From a virus (taxonomy: Duplodnaviria > Caudoviricetes), in the IMG/VR virus record IMGVR_UViG_3300049201_000036, positions 1 to 26,880 of that record: a stretch of 26,880 nt of DNA. One strand, written 5' to 3'. Positions within the stretch are counted from its first letter, which is position 1, and each line of letters opens with the position of its first letter. Below are positions 22,744 to 26,880 of the stretch, piece by piece. Made by a program: the position numbers and the translations under genes. The notes beneath the pieces were generated by a model, which made no database searches, was not told the DNA's origin, and was given only the letters and a program-made list of their open reading frames with translations.

Positions 22744-23088
22744 ATGGGGAAAACTAAAAACATAGGCATCAGGCTGGATGCTGACACCGAACAAAAGCTC
22801 TCTGCTATCGCGGCAGGGAAGGGAATTACGCGCGCTGCCGTGATAGACATGGCGCTAAAGTTTTACGTCGAATCCGGTGGCGCTCAGCGAGATGGCGTAG
22901 TGAAACAAGACATCGAGCATATCATGTCTCGAATCGATAAATTGGAGCGCCTAGCGCACTCCATGGTCCCGCCTAAGGCTCGGACTGGCGTGAAAAAAAC
23001 AATCAAGGCTGCTCAGGTTGTGAGTCGCCCACCAGGTGCGGCTTCGCCTTCGCCTCGCTCGGCGCAAGGCGAGTCTTCGGCGGCATGA
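22744..23088 (+). CDS. Ribbon-helix-helix regulator with coiled-coil tail in the repressor position
   Basis: KNIGIRLDADTEQKLSAIAAGKGITRAAVIDMAL; GGGG RBS; divergent from the other RHH gene. Confidence 0.8.
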   Translation: MGKTKNIGIRLDADTEQKLSAIAAGKGITRAAVIDMALKFYVESGGAQRDGVVKQDIEHIMSRIDKLERLAHSMVPPKARTGVKKTIKAAQVVSRPPGAASPSPRSAQGESSAA

Positions 23089-23263
23089 GGCCAAGATCGC
23101 GGATCGCCTGCTTATGCGCCTCCAGCTCTTCCACGAGCGCGAGCGCGTAGCCCTTGACCGTCTTAAGGTCCCGCGCAGCCCGAATATCCTGCCGCCAATA
23201 AAACGCTGATGGTCGGTAAGACGACGGTTTCGCGAGGGCTTCCTTTTTGGCTTTATCGGGCAC
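23003..23263 (-). CDS. Hypothetical protein (86 aa)
   Basis: GGGAG RBS, GTG start and plausible helical content; converges on and overlaps the repressor-like gene. Confidence 0.5.
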   Translation of the reverse strand: MPDKAKKEALAKPSSYRPSAFYWRQDIRAARDLKTVKGYALALVEELEAHKQAIRDLGLMPPKTRLAPSEAKAKPHLVGDSQPEQP

Positions 23264-23286
23264 GCTCCCTAAGTAGAACTAAGATT

Positions 23287-23925
23287 ATGAAGATCAAGAC
23301 CCTGTTGGTGGTGATTCTTGCTCAGTGTCTCGCGTCGGTTGGCTTCGCGCAGAAAATACCTGACGCAGAGATGGCCAAAGCGGCAGCAATCGAAAACAGC
23401 GTGCAAAGGCTGGCGGCATACGACGCCATCGCGGCAAAGCATAAGCTCACCAAGGATACCAATGCCAGCGCAGTCAGCGCAGGCAATTGGATGATACGGG
23501 AGGACGTCTCTCCAATAGACGATTCGCGCACAGTGATCGGGATTCTCGACGCAGACTCACCGAGTAAAATTGGATACCGGAGCGTAACGCCCGCGCTAGT
23601 CATTCGATATGCCGAGAAAAAACTGTCCGCCTACATTCGATATGACGCGTTTATTGGAACGGATGCGGCCGAGGTAACTATCCGTTACGGAAAGGACGAG
23701 CCGATGACCCTCGATTGGAATGTTTCGACCGACCATAAAGCCATCTTCGCACCAAATGAAGGCGCCTACTTCCTGAGTAGGATTAAGGAAGTCCCATCCA
23801 TCGTGGTGCGTGTGACGCCATACGGGGAGAACCCCGTGACAAACTCTTTCACGATGGCCGGAGTTGAGGCCGTTATGGCAAAGATCAATGAGGCCAAGCA
23901 AGCGAGCTCGGGGGCTGCAAAATGA
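23287..23925 (+). CDS. Secreted protein resembling T6SS-associated VasI/TagO
   Basis: Signal peptide, AIENSVQRLAAYDAI helix and GNW...SPIDDSRTV motif; recognised from memory of the family, not by search. Confidence 0.65.
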   Translation: MKIKTLLVVILAQCLASVGFAQKIPDAEMAKAAAIENSVQRLAAYDAIAAKHKLTKDTNASAVSAGNWMIREDVSPIDDSRTVIGILDADSPSKIGYRSVTPALVIRYAEKKLSAYIRYDAFIGTDAAEVTIRYGKDEPMTLDWNVSTDHKAIFAPNEGAYFLSRIKEVPSIVVRVTPYGENPVTNSFTMAGVEAVMAKINEAKQASSGAAK

Positions 23926-24197
23926 GCCTACCTCTGATTCTTGAGATTATCCTGCTCATCCTCGCTGTCATCTGGTGGGCGTGGTTCGCGCAAAAGCTCA
24001 ACGGCATCCACGCCGAGACCAAGCGCGCAGCGGACGCCCTCGAAGCAATGAATACGCGCGAGCTACGTGCGGACGCCAAGGCACGGGCAGCCGAGTCGGC
24101 GAGGCTTTCCGCGCAGGCCGAGCCAGAGAGCACGGCCGAAATTGACGCAGAGGCCGCGCGCATCCGCGAAGAGACCCGGCGCCGCGCCGGCCTGTGA
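23922..24197 (+). CDS. Membrane-anchored helical protein
   Basis: N-terminal hydrophobic helix; ATGA overlap. Confidence 0.7.
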   Translation: MSLPLILEIILLILAVIWWAWFAQKLNGIHAETKRAADALEAMNTRELRADAKARAAESARLSAQAEPESTAEIDAEAARIREETRRRAGL

Positions 24198-24388
24198 CCC
24201 GAGCCGCGCTCGCGATCCTGGCGGCGGTGCTGATTTTCGCGCTGGGGTTTGTCGTAGGAGCAGGCGAGGCGCTGAAGCTGAAAGAGCGCGAGGCGATAGA
24301 CGAGGGGTTCGCCGTGCGTGAGGCCGACGGGTCGTTTCGCTGGCGCACTAGCCGGGAGATCGAGCGGAAGCCGGCGCGGAGGAATTAG
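24194..24388 (+). CDS. Small membrane protein
   Basis: N-terminal hydrophobic helix; GTGA overlap. Confidence 0.65.
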   Translation: MTRAALAILAAVLIFALGFVVGAGEALKLKEREAIDEGFAVREADGSFRWRTSREIERKPARRN

Positions 24389-24394
24389 GTGGGT

Positions 24395-24446
24395 GCGAAA
24401 TTACTTCGCTTTTAGTGTTGACCGAAGCGAAATAACTTCGCATGGT
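24395..24446 (+). promoter_or_regulatory. Candidate promoter with two palindromic operators GCGAA-N5-TTCGC
   Basis: GCGAAATTACTTCGC (24395-24409) and GCGAAATAACTTCGC (24427-24441) flank TTGACC (24418-24423). Confidence 0.7.
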
Positions 24447-24488
24447 GGGCGAGTCGAAGGGCAATCCCGCCCGAGACCCACCGATCAG

Positions 24489-24662
24489 ATGACCACCGAA
24501 AACACTCCCACCAACGAAGAGATCTACGAAGCCCGCTTTAACAACGGTCGCATTCTTTGGCGCGGCACCCGTGCCGAGTGCGAAGAGGCCGCCAAGGGCA
24601 CCAGCGCGAAAGTCTGCAAGGCCAAGCCTGAGACTGCCGACCAAGAGGAGACCGAAGAGTGA
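24489..24662 (+). CDS. Hypothetical protein (57 aa)
   Basis: ATG 24489 downstream of the promoter; stop overlaps the HTH start. Confidence 0.6.
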   Translation: MTTENTPTNEEIYEARFNNGRILWRGTRAECEEAAKGTSAKVCKAKPETADQEETEE

Positions 24663-24856
24663 AATTCGCCGATCAGCTACGGCCCCACGTCGAGCGGATC
24701 GGGACTGCCGAGTCTGCTCGCATCTGCGGAGTGACGCCGCGAGCGATTCAGCTTTGGCTCGCGAATCCAGAGAGCCCACCGAACGCCGCGACGCAGGCCG
24801 GGGCGCTGCTGCTACTCAAAAAAGCAAAGACGCCGGCCGGACGCGGTTCGGGGTGA
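24659..24856 (+). CDS. Cro/XRE-like HTH protein
   Basis: GTAESARICGVTPRAIQLWL HTH. Confidence 0.75.
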   Translation: MKFADQLRPHVERIGTAESARICGVTPRAIQLWLANPESPPNAATQAGALLLLKKAKTPAGRGSG

Positions 24857-25250
24857 TTTCATTTTCCCCTCTTCCCTTGGGTCCTTTTCGCCTCTGCTCC
24901 CCCGTCATCCGCTGCCGTCGACCTCGTGTGATTCGGGTCAATCTGAAGCAGTCGGGTTAGTCGTCGCTCCACACTTCACCCCTGCTCGGGATGGAGTGTG
25001 AGTTGATTCGGGTCTGAATCAGTTCGGAAGCCTGCGCCCCTTGTCCCGGTCGGCCGTGCTGGTTCCGCTCTCGCGCCCACGTTCCGATATCGGGATTCCG
25101 ATATCGCTCCGACCGGCATTCACCGCGCCCCACAGGCAGGCACCGCAACATTAAAAGCCGGGAGGGTGTCTTCCAGCTTGCCAGTCTCTCCATCCGTCAC
25201 GCCGAGGCGCTCAGGGCTGGGTTTGTTTTTCCGCACCGGGCGGCATCGGG

Positions 25251-25295
25251 CAAAAACAGAAAGCCCGCCAAGTGGGTGACGGGACTTGGCGGGCT
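25251..25295 (-). terminator. Probable intrinsic terminator downstream of the integrase
   Basis: 12-bp stem AGCCCGCCAAGT / ACTTGGCGGGCT followed on the minus strand by TTCTGTTTTT. Confidence 0.6.
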
Positions 25296-25416
25296 CAAAG
25301 TTGAGCGGGCTATCTGCAAGTTTCCTTGCAGTGTCACCCGCTCGGATGAGCATGCACCGAGTCTTTTGGTGTGCGACTTGGCAAGCCTTGTGTAGTGGAT
25401 ACGTGATACAGCGCAG

Positions 25417-26631
25417 TCAAACCGACGGCACCTTGGCCAGCTCTGCCGCGGCCTGATCGAGTTCCGTGTGCGTGTAGCCCCGATTTACCGCCTCGTCCTC
25501 GTGGCCGATCAGCCGCATCCGCCAGTCCTCGCCGACGCCCGCCGCAGCAAGCCACGAAGAGAGCGAGTGCCTGAGAGAGTGGAGCGAATATTCGGCGAGT
25601 CGCCGGCCGAGCCCTCGCCCCTCTCCGCTGGCGAACTCCTGCACGATCCCGGCACGCGGCAGGATGCCCCGGCGGAACTCGTTCGAGACGTGCCGGCGCT
25701 GCATGGCTGCGATATGCGGCATGACCTTGCCACGCCTGTCCGCCTCGGGCGTCCGCGCCAGATGCGCAGCAAGCGAGGCATGGAGCGGAATCCAGTGCTC
25801 GTCCCCGTTCTTCGCGCGCTCGAGCATGATCCGGCGCCGGGTCAAATCGACCTGCGCCCATGAAAGCTGCGCCGCCTCCTGTTGCCGCGCGCCGGTGTAG
25901 CCGCACACCATTACGAGGGTCTGCCAGTCGGGCGGTAGCGTGAAGTTTTTGCCGCGCCCTCCGGCGCCCGGTCGCACGTAGTCCGGCGCCGTCACCCTCA
26001 CCAATTCACGGAATTGCTCAAACGTGAACGCACGTCGCTTCTGCGCGGTTCGCTTCTCGCCCTTCACGTTGATCCCGCGGGCGGGGTTGACGGAGAGAAG
26101 GCCGGTCGTGTGCGCCTCGGCGAATGCCTGAGCAAGCACCATCAGCGCCTTGTTTACCGTGCGCGCCGACTTACCCGCCGCCCCCTCAGCGTCGCGGAAC
26201 TCGACCACGCGCGCGCCCGTGATCTCGCCAAGCGGGCCGCCGGCGCGAGGGCCGAGGAAGGCAAGGAAGCCGTCAACGATGCTGCTGTAGCGGACGTAGG
26301 AGGCGGGCTTGAGCGACTTTTCCCGCCCGCGCAGCCAGCCCCGCAAGTAGTCGTCAGTCTTGACCGTCGCCCCCGTGCTGACGCCCACGATGGCCTCGAT
26401 CTCAGACAGGAAGCGCCGGGCCGCGCTTTCACCCCATCGCTTCTCCGCTGCTGCCAGAGCCGCGCGCTCGTAGCTGATCGCGAGTTGCAGCGCCTTGGTC
26501 TTGTCGTCCGTGCCGGCGGATCTTTGGACGCGACGAAACACGGGCTTTCCCTTGTCGTCGATCTGCCCGGTCGGCATCTTGTAGCACGCGAACCAGTGAG
26601 AAGTGCCTGCGCGAGATCGAACGGAAGCCAT
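25417..26631 (-). CDS. int: Phage integrase (tyrosine recombinase)
   Basis: Catalytic R (YTGARQQE), K (AKNG), HSLRH, IGH and Y (RGYTH), with N-terminal arm-binding and core-binding regions; start placed at ATG 26631. Confidence 0.93.
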   Translation of the reverse strand: MASVRSRAGTSHWFACYKMPTGQIDDKGKPVFRRVQRSAGTDDKTKALQLAISYERAALAAAEKRWGESAARRFLSEIEAIVGVSTGATVKTDDYLRGWLRGREKSLKPASYVRYSSIVDGFLAFLGPRAGGPLGEITGARVVEFRDAEGAAGKSARTVNKALMVLAQAFAEAHTTGLLSVNPARGINVKGEKRTAQKRRAFTFEQFRELVRVTAPDYVRPGAGGRGKNFTLPPDWQTLVMVCGYTGARQQEAAQLSWAQVDLTRRRIMLERAKNGDEHWIPLHASLAAHLARTPEADRRGKVMPHIAAMQRRHVSNEFRRGILPRAGIVQEFASGEGRGLGRRLAEYSLHSLRHSLSSWLAAAGVGEDWRMRLIGHEDEAVNRGYTHTELDQAAAELAKVPSV

Positions 26632-26816
26632 GACAACAGGACTGACCACAGCCGCCCATTCCAAGTCAACTGACCTTTGCTGCCACCCTAGGTAAGTTGC
26701 TTAAAAATAGCGACTTGCGGACTCCCTACAGCTGCACCACTCTCCACACAACCCGCTAGCCTCCAGAGGTTAGCGGGTTTTTAGTGGCTGAGACTGACAA
26801 CGGAACCGACAACAGG
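26631..26816 (+). other. Attachment site, probably attP: tRNA 3'-end core with arm-like repeats on both sides
   Basis: Core GACT-CCCTA-CAGCTGC-A-CCA (26720-26739); repeats TGACAACAGG, TGACCACAGC, TGACAACGGA and CGACAACAGG at 26631, 26643, 26795 and 26807. Confidence 0.75.
26750..26782 (+). terminator. Intrinsic terminator following the tRNA 3' fragment
   Basis: AACCCGCTAGCCT-ccag-AGGTTAGCGGGTT-TTT. Confidence 0.8.
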
Positions 26817-26880
26817 CGCAGGTCCTCAAAGCACAACCCCGGGATCAGCATCGGGGCGGAACGGCACGGCGGCGTTTAGG

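Larger units (their letters stand above)
1..26880. mobile_element. Temperate HK97-type phage genome segment (packaging, early/replication, immunity and integration modules)
   Basis: Co-linear prohead protease, portal, TerL, TerS and HNH; replication and recombination genes; tyrosine integrase beside a tRNA-derived att core; no host housekeeping genes seen. Confidence 0.95.

Noticed and set aside
24395-24441. LexA SOS boxes
   Set aside because: GCGAA-N5-TTCGC does not match the CTGT-N8-ACAG, GAAC-N4-GTTC or TGTTC-N4-GAACA boxes I know.
24957-25353. ORFs 24957-25193 and 25120-25353 as genes
   Set aside because: No recognisable motifs, and the second crosses the probable terminator; left uncalled.
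25417-26631. Integrase as an integron integrase (IntI)
   Set aside because: It has a phage-type N-terminal region, no IntI-specific insertion that I can see, lies beside a tRNA att core and is over 11 kb from the arrays. An HMM check is still needed.
26720-26739. Complete tRNA gene
   Set aside because: Only the 3' 20 nt are present; upstream sequence cannot form the D arm, anticodon arm or 5' acceptor strand.
1-26880. Host assignment (Verrucomicrobiota-like impression)
   Set aside because: It rests only on a general impression of attC style and GC content; no marker gene in the window supports it.

Overview
A GC-rich segment of a temperate, HK97-type tailed phage. It runs from the head/packaging module (prohead protease, portal, terminase large and small subunits, HNH; all minus strand) through a long minus-strand early operon (DnaC-like loader, replication initiator, nuclease, YqaJ exonuclease plus ERF annealase, beta-clamp-like protein, C5 DNA methyltransferase, Xis-like HTH). 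Beyond that lie a divergent ribbon-helix-helix switch, a few plus-strand accessory genes, and a tyrosine integrase next to a tRNA-3'-end attachment site. That site has arm-like repeats on both sides, so it looks like an intact attP. The main finding is three integron-like cassette arrays interleaved among the core early genes (about 5245-6921, 7631-10498 and 13005-13962). They contain 11 clear and 3 degenerate attC-like hairpins and two near-identical 40-bp attI-like sites. In 9 of 12 testable cassettes the R'' box is the exact complement of the R' box at the cassette's other end, the signature of circular cassettes joined at G|TT. Unlike classical integrons, every cassette gene is antisense to the attC top strand and co-directional with the phage operon, several genes take start or stop codons from the att sites, and no IntI is recognisable in the window. 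All calls come from reading the sequence by eye; no database search or folding program was run.
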